Below, piece after piece: positions 1 to 12,346 of a stretch of 64,000 nucleotides of DNA. The position numbers and the translations under genes are program-made. Location of the stretch: positions 744,001 through 808,000 of the forward strand of contig JASTWF010000180.1 of the NCBI GenBank assembly GCA_030390025.1, given 5' to 3'. How positions within the stretch are numbered: position 1 is the stretch's first letter; each line of letters starts with the position of its first letter. Below the pieces are notes generated by a model. That model saw nothing but the letters and a program-made list of their open reading frames with translations, made no database searches and had not been told where the DNA came from. This DNA is from Squalus acanthias (Eukaryota).

Positions 1-4
1 AGGG

Positions 5-32
5 AGTTTTTGTTAAAGGGGGCAATGCTGTG
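5..32 (+). promoter_or_regulatory. 12-bp-spacer recombination signal sequence (representative; one precedes each J)
   Basis: Nonamer AGTTTTTGT (5-13), 12-bp spacer, heptamer TGCTGTG (26-32). Consensus is GGTTTTTGT-12-CACTGTG. Confidence 0.95.
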
Positions 33-92
33 TGAACTATGGAGCTAACAAGCCTATCTTTGGAAAAGGGACAAAGTTAACTGTGCAGCCAA
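33..92 (+). CDS. TRAJ: TCR alpha J segment J1: NYGANKPIFGKGTKLTVQP
   Basis: RSS 5-32, FGKG motif, donor GTAGGT at 93. Confidence 0.95.
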
Positions 93-1001
93 GTAGGTAT
101 TCATTAATAACTACAGACTGTCTATTTACTGACATATATGTGTGTGTTCTCTGCACTGCCTACAATGTATCAAATCATTTCTCTATATGTTCAATTAATC
201 CTGAATATTGGAACATTTAAGCCGCTTCTTATTGGAGTATGGATATGATAATTCAAGGATTAAGAGTGATGATTCTGATCAGTGCAGTTAATTGTCTACC
301 ATTATGCACCTTATTAACCTAAAATGATGATCTGAATTTAACACGATTACCTGGATCCAAATAAAGTGCTGTATTAACCAACAACAACAACTTGTATTAT
401 CAAACAAAATTTCACACCGAGCCACAAAAGAAATATTAGAATGGCTGATCCAGAGCTTACTCCAGCACGTAGGTTTTATGGAGAATATTAAAAGAGGAGA
501 GAGAAATAAAGAGGTGGAGAGGTTTAGGGAGAGAATGACAGCCCTTGGTGCCTAGGTCGGTGGACCAACCGACTGAAGTTGGGAGAGAAAAGTGTCAGAA
601 ATCATAACTTGGCTCAATTGCTGGCCGCCCATCCTGTGTGTTGGAAAGTTGTGAGATGGATCCCCACTCTAGAGATGAAACATATAATCCAAGATGATAA
701 TCCAGGGAAGTACTGAGGGAGGGTTCCACTTTCAGAGATAATTGATAATCTATTGGAGGTTTCTGATGAAATTATATATAAATGGTAGCCCAACATTTTT
801 AATGAAAAAAAAGAAATATGTCGTGGCTAGGCTACAAACAGGATACAAAATAGTCATGTGTGCATAATAATTATCAATCGTCATTTAAAATGCTTCCATA
901 ATAATGGGATTCGGTGATCCCAAGTATTCAAATATAACCGCCAGACAGAATGTACTAAAGTTAGTCTGAAGGGAGTTTTTGTTAAAGGCCGCAATGCTGT
1001 G

Positions 1002-1064
1002 TGAACTATGGAGGTACCGAAAAGCTTACCTTTGGAAAAGGGACAAAGTTAACTGTGGAGCCAA
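1002..1064 (+). CDS. TRAJ: TCR alpha J segment J2: NYGGTEKLTFGKGTKLTVEP
   Basis: RSS 974-1001, FGKG, donor GTAGGT. Confidence 0.95.
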
Positions 1065-2021
1065 GTAGGTATTCATTAATAACTGTAGACTGTCTATTTA
1101 CTTATATATATGTGTGTGTGTGTGTTCTCTGCACTGCCTGCAATGTACGAAATAATTCGAAATAATTACTTTATATGTTACTTAACTCCTGAATATTGGA
1201 ACATTTATGTCGCTTCTTATTGGAGTAAGCATATGAAAATTCAGTTATTTTGTGATGGTTATGGGAAGTGCAGTTAATTGTCTGCCATTGTGCCACTTAT
1301 TAACCGAAAATGATTATTTGAATTGAACATGATAACCTGCATCCATTTTCCTTTGCGAAAATGCCAAGTAATGTTGTGTATTAAACAACAACAACATCTT
1401 GTATTATCAAACAAAATTTCACACCGAGCCACATAAAGAAATATTAGAATGGCTGATCGAAAGCTTGCTCCAGCACGTAGGTTTTAAGGAGATTATTAAA
1501 GAAGGAGAGATAAATAAAGAGGTGGAGAGGTTTAGGGAGAGAATGCCTGTCCTTGGAGCCTCGGTAGCTGAACCAACCGACTGATGTTTGGAGAGAAAAG
1601 TGTCAGAAATCATAACTTTGCTCAATTGCTGGCAGCTCAACATTTGCGTTGGAAAGTTGTGAGATGTATCCACACTCTAGAGAAATATATAATCCAAGAT
1701 GATAGTGCAGGGAAGTACTGAGAGACTGGAGCATTATCAGAGGTACTTGGCAAGCTTTCAGAGAGTTCTGATGAACTGATATATAAATGGTAGCCCAACA
1801 TTTTTAATGAACAATTAATAAGTTACTCTTGGTCTATAAACAGGCTTAAAAAAGTCATGTGTGCCCAATAATTCGCAATGTTCATTTAAAGCGATTTGTA
1901 CAGATAGTTCCAAAATAATGCATTTCAGTGATACCAAGTATTCAAATATAACCGCCAGACAGAGCAGCAATGTACTAAAGTTAGTCTGAAGGGAGTTTTT
2001 GTTAAAGGGGGCAATGCTGTG

Positions 2022-2081
2022 TGAATGTTGGAGCTAACAAGCCTATCTTTGGAAAAGGGACAAAGTTAACTGTGGAGCCAA
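2022..2081 (+). CDS. TRAJ: TCR alpha J segment J3: NVGANKPIFGKGTKLTVEP
   Basis: RSS 1994-2021, FGKG, donor GTAGGT. Confidence 0.95.
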
Positions 2082-2660
2082 GTAGGTATTCATTAATAAC
2101 TATAGACTGTCTATTTACTTACATATATGTGTGTGTTCTCTGCACTGCCCACAATGTATCAAATCATTTCTCTATATGTCCAATTAATCCTGAATATTGG
2201 AACATTTATGCCGCTTCTTATTGGAATATGGATATGATAATTCAATTATTTTGTGATGGTTATGGGAAGTGCAGTTAATTGTCTGCCATTATGCACCTCA
2301 TTAAATTAAAATGATGATCTGAATTGAACATGATTACCTGGATCCATTTTCCTTTGGGGAAAATGCCAAATAATGTTGTGTATTAAACAACAACAACAAC
2401 TGAATTCTGATGAACTGATATATAAATGGTTGCCCTACATTTTTAATGAACAACTAATAAGTTATTCTTGGGCTATTAACAGACTTAAAAATGTCATCTG
2501 TGCCCAATAATTATCAATGGTCATTTAAAACGATTTGTAAAGATAGTTTCAAAATAGTGGCATTGAGTGATCCCAAGTATTCAATTATAACCGCCAGACA
2601 GAGCAGCAATGTACTAAAGTTAGTCTGAAGGGAGTTTTTGTTAAAGGCCGCAATGCTGTG

Positions 2661-2720
2661 TGAATACTGGAGCTGATAAGCTTATCTTTGGAAAAGGGAC
2701 AAAGTTAACTGTGTTGCCAA
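2661..2720 (+). CDS. TRAJ: TCR alpha J segment J4: NTGADKLIFGKGTKLTVLP
   Basis: RSS 2633-2660, FGKG, donor GTAGGT. Confidence 0.95.
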
Positions 2721-3297
2721 GTAGGTATTCATTAATAACTATAGACTGTCTAGTTACTTACATATGTGTGTGTGTTCTCTGCACTGCTGACAATGTAGCA
2801 AATCATTTCTCTATATGTTCAATTAATCCTGAATATTGGAATATTTATGTCGCTTCTTATTGGAGTAAGCATATGGTAATTCAATTATTTTGTGATGGTT
2901 ATGGAAGTGCAGTTAAATGTCTGCCATTATGCACCTCATTAATTCAAAATGATGATCTGAATTGAACATGATTACCTGGGTCCATTTTCCTTTGGGGAAA
3001 ATGCCAAATAATGTTGGATATTAAACAACAGCAACAACTGAATTCTGATGAACTGATATATAAATGGTTGGCCTACACTTTTAATGAACAATTAATAAGT
3101 TATTCTTGGGCTATAAACAGGTTAAAAATGTCATCTGTGCCCAATAATTATCAATGGTCATTTAAAACGATTTGTACAGATAGTTTCACGATAATAGGAT
3201 TGAGTGATACCAAGTATTCAAATATAACCGCCAGACAGAGCAGCAATGAACTAAAGTTAGTCTGAAGGGAGTTTTTGTTAAAGGCCGCAGTGCTGTG

Positions 3298-3357
3298 TGA
3301 ATGATGGAACTTACAAGCTTATCTTTGGAAAAGGGACAAAGTTAACTGTGTTACCAA
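3298..3357 (+). CDS. TRAJ: TCR alpha J segment J5: NDGTYKLIFGKGTKLTVLP
   Basis: RSS 3270-3297, FGKG, donor GTAGGT. Confidence 0.95.
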
Positions 3358-3714
3358 GTAGGTATTCATTTATGACTATAGACTGTCTAGTTACATACAT
3401 ATATGTGTGTGTTCTCTGCACTGCCTACAATGTACCAAATCATTTCTCTAAATGTTCAATTAATCCTGAATAGTGGAACATTTATGCCGCTTCTTATTGG
3501 AGTATTGATATGATAATTCAAGTATTATGAGTGATGGTTCTGATCAGTCCAGTTAATTTTCTGCAATTATGCATCGTCTTAATCTAAAATGATGATCAAA
3601 ATTGAACACGATTACCTCCATCCATTTCCCTTTGGAAAAACGCCAAATAATGTTGTGTATTAAACAACAACAATAACTTGCATTATCAAACAAAATTTCA
3701 AACCGAGCCACATA

Positions 3715-3947
3715 CAGATATCTTAGAAATACTCAGCAGATCAGGCAGCATCTGTAGAGAGAGAAACAGAGTTAGCGTTTCAGGTCGATGACCCTTCGTC
3801 AGAACTGGCGAAATTATGACGAAGGTTCATCCACCTGAAACGTTAACTCTGTTTCTCTCTCTACAGATGCTGCCTGACCTGCTGAGGATTTCCAGGATTT
3901 TCTGTTTTTATTTCAGATTTCCAGCTTCCGCAGTATTTTGCTTTTGT
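3715..3947. mobile_element. Penelope-like element terminal (pLTR) fragment inserted as an inverted pair
   Basis: Absent from the other array units. Same sequence as the tail next to the GIY-YIG-coding fragment at 15837-16468. Arms 3726-3801 and 3817-3892 are reverse complements. Confidence 0.85.
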
Positions 3948-4543
3948 AAAGAAATATTAGAATGGCTGATCAAAAGCTTGCTCCTCCAACACGTAGATCT
4001 TAAGGAGCGTCTTAAAGGAGGAGAGTGAGATACAGAGGTGGAGAGGTTTAGGGAGAGAATGACAGCCCTTGGTGCCTCGGTAGCTGAACCAACCGACTGA
4101 AATTGGGAGAGAAAAGTATCAGAAATCATAACTTGGCTCAATTGCTGGCCGCCCATCCTGTGTGTTGGAAAGTTGTGAGATGGATCCCCACTCTGGAGAT
4201 CAAACGTATAATCCAAGATGATAATCCGGGGAAGTACTGAGGGAGGGTTCCACTTTCAGAGATACTTGGAAATCTATTGGAGAGTTCTGATAAACTGATA
4301 TATAAATGGTAGCACAACATTGTTAATGAAAAAATTAAATAATTCATGCTTAGGTTATAAACAGGCTAAAAATAGTCATGTGTACATAATAATTATCAAT
4401 GGTCATTTGAAATGGTTTCTACAGATAGTTTCACAATAATGGGATTGAGTGAGAACAAGTATTCAAATATAAACCGCCAGACAGAGCAGGAATGTACTAA
4501 AGTTAGTCTGAAGGGAGTTTTTGTTAAAGCCCGCAATGCTGTG

Positions 4544-4603
4544 TGAATGATGGAACGAACAAGCTTACCTTTGGAAAAGGGACAAAGTTAACTGTGGAGC
4601 CAA
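4544..4603 (+). CDS. TRAJ: TCR alpha J segment J6: NDGTNKLTFGKGTKLTVEP
   Basis: RSS 4516-4543, FGKG, donor GTAGGT. Confidence 0.95.
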
Positions 4604-5178
4604 GTAGGTATTTATTAATAACTACAGACTGTCTATTTACTTACATATATGTGTATGTTCTCTGTACTGCCTACAATGTATCAAATCATTTCTCTATATG
4701 TTCAATTAACCCTGAATATTGGAACATTTATATCGCTTCTTATTGCAGTATGGATATGATAATTCAGTTATTTCGTGATGGTTCTGATCAGTGCAGTTAA
4801 TTGTCTGCCATTGTGAACCCATTAACTTAAAATGATGATCTGAATAGAACATGATTACCTGGATCCATTTTCCTTTGGGGAAAATGCAAAATAATGTTGT
4901 GTATTAAACAACAACAACAACTGAATTCTGATGAACTGATATACGAATGGTTGGCCTACATTTTTAATGAACAATTAATAATTATTCTTGGGCTATAAAC
5001 AGGTTAAAAAGTCACTTGTGCCCAATAATTCTCAATGGTCATTTAAAATGGTTTGTACAGATAGTTTCACAATACTGGGATTGAGTGATACCAAGTATTC
5101 AAATATAACCGCCAGACAGAGCAGTAATGAACTAAAGTTAGTCTGAAGGGAGTTTTTGTTAAAGGCCGCAGTGCTGTG

Positions 5179-5241
5179 TGAATGATGGAGCTACAGATAA
5201 ACTTATCTTTGGAAAAGGGACCAAGTTAACTGTGGAGCCAA
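5179..5241 (+). CDS. TRAJ: TCR alpha J segment J7: NDGATDKLIFGKGTKLTVEP
   Basis: RSS 5151-5178, FGKG, donor GTAGGT. Confidence 0.95.
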
Positions 5242-6184
5242 GTAGGTATTAATTAATAACTATAGACTGTCTATTTAATTACATATCTGTGTGTGTTCTC
5301 TGTACTGCTGACAATGTATCAAATCATTTCTCTAAATGTTCAATTAATCCTGAATATTTAAACATTTATGTCGCTTCTTATTGGAATATGGATATGATAA
5401 TTCAGTTATTTTGTGATGGTTATGGGAAGTGCAGTTAATTGTCTGCTACTGTGCATCTTATTAACCTAAAATGATGATCTGAATTGAGCACGATTGCTTG
5501 GATCCATTTCCCTTTGGGAAAATGCCAAACAATTTAGTGTATTAAACAACAACAACAACTTGAATTATCAATTAAAATTTCACACCGAGCCACATAAAGA
5601 AATATTAGGACAAGTGACCAAAAAACTTGGTGCAGAACCTAGGTCTTAAGGAGCGTCTTAACAGAGAAGAGAGGCATAGAAGTGGAGAGGTTTAGGGAGA
5701 GAATGACAGCCCTTGGTGCCGAGGTAGGGTGGATCAACCGACTGACATTGGGAGAGAAAAGTGTGAGAAATCATAACTTGGCTCAATTGCTGGCCACCCA
5801 TCCTGTGCGTTGGAAAGTTGTGAGATGGATCCCCACTCTAGAGATGAAACATCTAATCCAAGATGATAATCCAGGGAAGTACTGAGGGAGGGTTCCACTT
5901 TCAGAGGTTCTTAGAAATCTATTGGAGAGTTCTGATGAACTGATATATAAATGGTAGCCCTACATTTTTAATGAACAATGTATAAGTTATCCTTGGGCTA
6001 TCAACGGGCTTAAAAAGTCATGTGTGCCTAATAATTCTCAATGGTCATTTATAATGATTTGTGCAGATAGTTTCACAATAAAGGGAATGAGTGATAGCAA
6101 GTATTCAAATATAACCGCCAGACAGAGCAGCAATGAAGTAAAGTTAGTCTGAAGGGAGTTTTTGTTAAAGCCCGCAATGCTGTG

Positions 6185-6244
6185 TGAATGATGGAACTCA
6201 GAAGCTTATCTTTGGAAAAGGGACAAAGTTAACTGTTGAGCCAA
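6185..6244 (+). CDS. TRAJ: TCR alpha J segment J8: NDGTQKLIFGKGTKLTVEP
   Basis: RSS 6157-6184, FGKG, donor GTAGGT. Confidence 0.95.
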
Positions 6245-7151
6245 GTAGGTATTCATTAATAACTACAGACTGTCTATTTAGTTATATATGTGTGTGTGTT
6301 CTCTGTACTGCTGACAATGTACCAAATCATTTCTCTATATGTTAATTTATTCCTGACTATTGGAACATTTATGCTGCTTCTTATTGCTGTATGGATATGA
6401 TAATTCAGATATTATGAGTGATGGTTCTGATCAGTGCAGTTAATTGTCTGCCATTGTGACCTTATTAACCTAAAATGATGGTCTGAATTGAACATGATTA
6501 CTTGCATCAATTTTTCTTTGGGAAAACGCCAAATAATGTTGTGAATGAAACAACATCAGCAATTTGCATTATCAAACTAAATTTCACACCGAACCACATA
6601 AAGAAATATTAGGACAGGTGACCAAAAGCTTGGTGCAGCACGTATGTTTTAAGGAGCGTCTTAAAGGAGAAGAGAGACATAAAGAGGTGGAGAGACTTAG
6701 GGAGAGAATCAACTTTTGGAGGGAAAAATGTCAGAAATCATAACTTGGCTCAATTGCTGGCCGCCCATCCTGTGTGTTGGAAAGTTGTGAGATGGATCCA
6801 CACTCTAGAGATGAAACATATAATTCAAGATGATAATCCAGGGAAGTACAGAGAGACTGGAGCACTATCAGATGTACTTGGCAATCTTACAGAGAGTTCT
6901 GGTGAAAGATACATAAATGGTAGCCCAACATTTTAAATGAACAACTAATAAATTATACTTGGGCTATAAGCAGGTTTAAGATAGTCATGTGTGTTTAATA
7001 ATTCTCAATTATCGTTTAAAATGGTTTATACAGATAGTTTCACAATAATGGGATTGAGGGATCCCAAGTATTCAGATATAACCGCCAGACAGAGCAGGAA
7101 TGTACTAAAGTTAGTCTGAAGGGACTTTTTGTTAAAGGCCACAATGCTGTG

Positions 7152-7214
7152 TGAATGTTGGAGCTGGCCGCAAGCTTATCTTTGGAAAAGGGACAAAGTT
7201 AACTGTGGAACCAA
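7152..7214 (+). CDS. TRAJ: TCR alpha J segment J9: NVGAGRKLIFGKGTKLTVEP
   Basis: RSS 7124-7151 with variant nonamer ACTTTTTGT, FGKG, donor GTAGGT. Confidence 0.93.
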
Positions 7215-7647
7215 GTAGGTATTCATTAATAACTATAGACTATCTATTTACTGATATATATGGGTGTGTTCTCTGTACTGCTGACAAGGTATTAAATCAT
7301 TTCTCTAAATGTTCAATTAATCCTGACTATTGGAACATTTATGCCGCTTCTTATTGGAATATGGATATGATAATTCAGGTATTATGTGATGGTTATGGGA
7401 AGTGCAGTTAATTGTCTGCCATTGTGAACCTCATTAAGTTAAAATGATGATCTGAATTGAACACGATTACCTGGATCCATTTTCTTTTGGGGAAAACGCC
7501 AAACAATGTTGTGTATTAAACAACAACAACAACTTGCATTATCAAACAACATTTCACACCGTGTCACATAAAGTAATCTTAGGACAGGTGACCAAAGGAT
7601 TGGCGTAGAACATAGGTTTTAAGGAGCGTCTTAAAGGAGGAGAGATA

Positions 7648-8023
7648 CATAGAATCATAGAATCGTAGAAAGTTACAGCACGGAAGGAGGCCATTTCGGC
7701 CCTTCGTGTCCGCGCCGGCCAACAAAGAGCTATCCTGCCTAATCCCACTTCCCAGCTCTTGGTCCGTAGCCCTGCAGGTTGGAGCATCCCAAGTGCAAAA
7801 CCAAGTACTATTTAAATGTGGTTAGGGTTCCTGCCTCTACCACCCTTTCAGGCAGCGAGTTCCAGACCCCCACAACCCTCTGGGTGAAGAAATTTCCCCT
7901 GAAATCCTCTCTAAACCTTCCCCCAATTATTTTAAATCTGTGCCCCCTGGTTTTTGACCCCTCTGCTAAGGGAAATAGGTCCTTTCTATCCACTTTATCT
8001 ATGCCCCTTATAATTTTATACAC
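7648..8023 (-). mobile_element. CR1 LINE 3' fragment
   Basis: Minus-strand ORF YKIIRGIDKVDRKDLFP…TRGH…FFTQRVVGVWNSLP (CR1 ORF2 C-terminus), plus a (CATAGAAT)n tail. Confidence 0.9.
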
Positions 8024-8539
8024 TAGATAAAGAGGTGGAGAGGTTTAGGGAGAGAATGCCAGACCTTGGTGCCGAGGTCGGTGGACCAACCGACTGACAT
8101 TCGGAGAGAAAAGTGTCAGAAATAATAACTTTGCTCAATTGCTGGCCGCCCATCCTGTGCGCTGGAAAGTTGTGAAATGGCTCCCCACTCGAGAGATGAA
8201 ACATATAATCCAAGATGATAATCCAGGGCAGTACTGAGGGAGGGTTCCACTTTCAGAGATACTTGGAAATCTATTGGAGAGTTCTGATGAACTGATATAT
8301 AAATGGCAGCCCAACAGTGTTAATGAAAAAGAAATAAGTCATGTTTAGGCTATAAACAGGCTAAAAAAATGTGCATGTTAGTATCATAATTATCAATGAT
8401 CATTTTAAACGGTTTGTACAGATAGTTTCACAATAATGGGATTCAGTGAGACCAAATATTCAAATATAACCGCCTGACAGAGCAGCAATGAACTACAGTT
8501 AGCCTGAAGGGAGTTTTTGTTAAAGCCCGCAATGCTGTG

Positions 8540-8599
8540 TGAATGATGGAACTAAGAAGCTTACCTTTGGAAAAGGGACAAAGTTAACTGTGGAGCCAA
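8540..8599 (+). CDS. TRAJ: TCR alpha J segment J10: NDGTKKLTFGKGTKLTVEP
   Basis: RSS 8512-8539, FGKG, donor GTAGGT. Confidence 0.95.
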
Positions 8600-9539
8600 G
8601 TAGGTATTCATTAATGATTATAGACTGTCTATTTACTTACATATATGTGTGTGTTCTCTGCACTGCCCATAATGTACCAAATAATTTCTCTATATGTCCA
8701 ATTAATCCTGAATAGTGGAACATTTATGCCGCTTCTCATTGGAGTAAGCATACGATAATTCAGATATTTTGTGATGGTGATGGGAAGTGCAGTTAATTTT
8801 CTGTCATGGTGCACCTCTTAACTTAAAATGATGATCTGAATAGAACACGATTACCTGGATACATTTTCCTTCGGGAAAATGCAAAATAATGTTGTGTATT
8901 AAACAACAACAACTTGTATTATCAAACAAAATTTCTCACCGAACCACTTAAAGAAATATTAGGACAGGTGACCAAATGCTTGGTCCAGAACCTAGGTTTT
9001 AAGCAGCGTCTTAAAGGAGGGGAGAGAAATAAAGAGGTGGAGAGGCTTAGGGAGAGAATGACAGCCCTTGGTGCCGAGGTAGGGTGGACCAACCGACTGA
9101 CACTGGGAGAGAAAAGTGTGAGAAATCATAACTTGGCTCAATTGTTGGCCGCCCATCCTGTGTGTTGGAAAGTTGTGAGATGGATCCCCACTCTAGAGAT
9201 GAACCATATAATCCAAGATGATAATCCAGGGAAGCACTGAGGGAGGGTTCCAATTTCAGAGATAATTGGAAATCTATTGGAGGGTTCTGATGAACTGATA
9301 TATAAATGGTAGCCCTACATTTTTAATGAACAATTAATAAGTTAATCTTGGGCTATTAACAGGCTTAAAAAGTTATGTGTGCCTAATAATTATCAATGGT
9401 CATTTAAAATGATTTGTACAGATAGTTTCACAATAAAGGGAATGAGTGATACCAAGTATTCAAATATAACCGCCAGACAGAGCAGGGATGAAGTAAAGTT
9501 AGTCTGAAGGGAGTTTTTGTTAAAGCCCGCAATGCTGTG

Positions 9540-9599
9540 TGAATGCTGGAACTCAGAAGCTTATCTTTGGAAAAGGGACAAAGTTAACTGTGGAGCCAA
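9540..9599 (+). CDS. TRAJ: TCR alpha J segment J11: NAGTQKLIFGKGTKLTVEP
   Basis: RSS 9512-9539, FGKG, donor GTAGGT. Confidence 0.95.
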
Positions 9600-10507
9600 G
9601 TAGGTATTCATTAATAACTACAGACTGTCTATTTAGTTATATATGTGTGTGTGTGTTCTCTGTACTGCTGACAATGTACCAAATCATTTCTCTATATGTT
9701 AATTTATTCCTGACTATTGGAACATTTATGCTGCTTCTTATTGCTGTATGGATATGATAATTCAGATATTATGAGTGATGGTACTGATCAGTGCAGTTAA
9801 TTGTCTGCCATTGTGACCTTATTAACCTAAAATGATGGTCTGAATTGAACATGATTACTTGCATCAATTTTTCTTTGGGAAAACGCCAAATATTGTTGTG
9901 AATGAAACAACATCAGCAATTTGCATTATCAAACTAAATTTCACACCGAACCACATAAAGAAATATTAGGACAGTGACTAAAAGCTTGGTGCAGAACGTA
10001 TGTTTTAAGGAGCGTCTTAAAGGAGAAGAGAGACATAAAGAGGTGGAGAGACTTAGGGAGAGAATCAACTTTTGGAGGGAAAAATGTCAGAAATCATAAC
10101 TTGGCTCAATTGCTGGCCGCCCATCCTGTGTGTTGGAAAGTTGTGAGATGGATCCACACTCTAGAGATGAAACATATAATTCAAGATGATAATCCAGGGA
10201 AGTACAGAGAGACTGGAGCACTATCAGATGTACTTGGCAATCTTACAGAGAGTTCTGGTGAAAGATACATAAATGGTAGCCCAACATTTTAAATGAACAA
10301 CTAATAAATTATACTTGGGCTATAAGCAGGTTTAAGATAGTCATGTGTGTTTAATAATTCTCAATTATCGTTTAAAATGGTTTATACAGATAGTTTCACA
10401 ATAATGGGATTGAGGGATCCCAAGTATTCAGATATAACCGCCAGACAGAGCAGGAATGTACTAAAGTTAGTCTGAAGGGAGTTTTTGTTAAAGGCCACAA
10501 TGCTGTG

Positions 10508-10570
10508 TGAATGTTGGAGCTGGCCGCAAGCTTATCTTTGGAAAAGGGACAAAGTTAACTGTGGAACCAA
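10508..10570 (+). CDS. TRAJ: TCR alpha J segment J12: NVGAGRKLIFGKGTKLTVEP (same coding sequence as J9)
   Basis: RSS 10480-10507, FGKG, donor GTAGGT. Confidence 0.95.
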
Positions 10571-11476
10571 GTAGGTATTCATTAATAACTATAGACTATC
10601 TATTTACTGATATATATGGGTGTGTTCTCTGTACTGCTGACAAGGTATTAAATCATTTCTCTAAATGTTCAATTAATCCTGACTATTGGAACATTTATGC
10701 CGCTTCTTATTGGAATATGGATATGATAATTCAGGTATTATGTGATGGTTATGGGAAGTGCAGTTAATTGTCTGCCATTGTGAACCTCATTAAGTTAAAA
10801 TGATGATCTGAATTGAACATGATTACTTGCATCAATTTTTCTTTGGGAAAACGCCAAATAATGTTGTGAATGAAACAACATCAGCAATTTGCATTATCAA
10901 ACTAAATTTCACACCGAACCACATAAAGAAATATTAGGACAGGTGACCAAAAGCTTGGTGCAGAACGTATGTTTTAAGGAGTGTCTTAAAGGAGAAGAGA
11001 GACATAAAGAGGTGGAGAGACTTAGGGAGAGAATCAACTTTTGGAGGGAAAAATGTCAGAAATCATAACTTGGCTCAATTGCTGGCCGCCCATCCTGTGT
11101 GTTGGAAAGTTGTGAGATGGATCCACACTCTAGAGATGAAACATATAATTCAAGATGATAATCCAGGGAAGTACTGAGAGACTGGAGCACTATCAGATGT
11201 ACTTGACAATCTTTCAGAGAGTTCTGGTGAAAGATACATAAATGGTAGCCCAACATTTTAGATGAACAATTAATAAGTTATACTTGGGCTATAAGCAGGT
11301 TTAAGATAGTCATGTGTGTTTAATAATTCTCAATTATCGTTTAAAATGGTTTGTACAGATAGTTTCACAATAACGGGATTGAGGGATCCCAAGTATTCAG
11401 ATATAACCGCCAGACAGAGCAGGAATGTACTAAAGTTAGTCTGAAGGGAGTTTTTGTTAAAGGCCGCAATGCTGTG

Positions 11477-11539
11477 TGAATGTTGGAGCTGGCAACAAGC
11501 TTATCTTTGGAAAAGGGACAAAGTTAACTGTGGAGCCAA
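11477..11539 (+). CDS. TRAJ: TCR alpha J segment J13: NVGAGNKLIFGKGTKLTVEP
   Basis: RSS 11449-11476, FGKG, donor GTAGGT. Confidence 0.95.
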
Positions 11540-11971
11540 GTAGGTATTCATTAATAACTATAGACTGTCTATTTACTGACATATCTGAGTGTGTTCTCTG
11601 TACTGCTGACAAGGTATCAAATCATTTCTCTAAATGTTCAATTAATCCTGACTATTGGAACATTTATGCCGCTTCTTATTGGAATATGGATATGATAATT
11701 CAGGTATTATGTGATGGTTATGGGAAGTGCAGTTAATTGTCTGCCATTGTGAACCTCATTAAGTTAAAATGATGATCTGAATTGAACACGATTACCTGGA
11801 TCCATTTCCCTTTGGGAAAATGCCAAACAATGTTGTGTATTAAACAACAACAACAACTTGCAATATCAAACAACATTTCACACCGTGTCACATAAAGTAA
11901 TCTTAGGACAGGTGACCAAAGGATTGGCGTAGAACATCGGTTTTAAGGAGCATCTTAAAGGAGGAGAGATA

Positions 11972-12346
11972 CATAGAATCATAGAATCGTACAAAGTTAC
12001 AGCACGGAAGGAGGCCATTTCGGCCCATCGTGTCCGCGCCGGCCAACAAAGAGCTATCCTGCCTAATCCCACTTCCCAGCTCTTGGTCCGCAGCCCTGCA
12101 GGTTGGAGCATCCCAAGTGCACATCCAAATACTTTTTAAATGTGGTTAGGGTTCCTGCCTCTACCACCCTTTCAGGCAGCGAGTTCCAGACCCCCACAAC
12201 CCTCTGGGTGAAGAAATTTCCCCTGAAATCCTCTCTAAACCTTCCACCAATTATTTTAAATCTGTGCCCCCTGGTTTTTGACCCCTCTGCTAGGGAAATA
12301 GGTCCTTTATATCCACTTTACCTATGCCCCTCATAATTTTATACAC
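11972..12346 (-). mobile_element. CR1 LINE 3' fragment (duplicate of 7648-8023)
   Basis: Same sequence and same insertion point within the J unit as 7648-8023. Confidence 0.9.

Noticed and set aside
93-102. Second donor 4 nt downstream (GTAG|GTATTC) as a way to rescue out-of-frame VJ joints
   Set aside because: The J frame that this would bring into phase with C-alpha contains TAA (AAGT-TAA-CTG), so no rescue is possible.
32-220. Repeated 60-100 aa ORFs beginning at GTG (e.g. MNYGANKPIFGKG…SRYSLIT…)
   Set aside because: The GTG start is the end of the RSS heptamer and the tail is intron read-through past the J donor. They are not standalone proteins.
938-950. CTCF-like CCGCCAGACAGAG upstream of the RSS
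   Set aside because: It lacks the GGGC/GGC core half of the CTCF motif, so the match is too partial.
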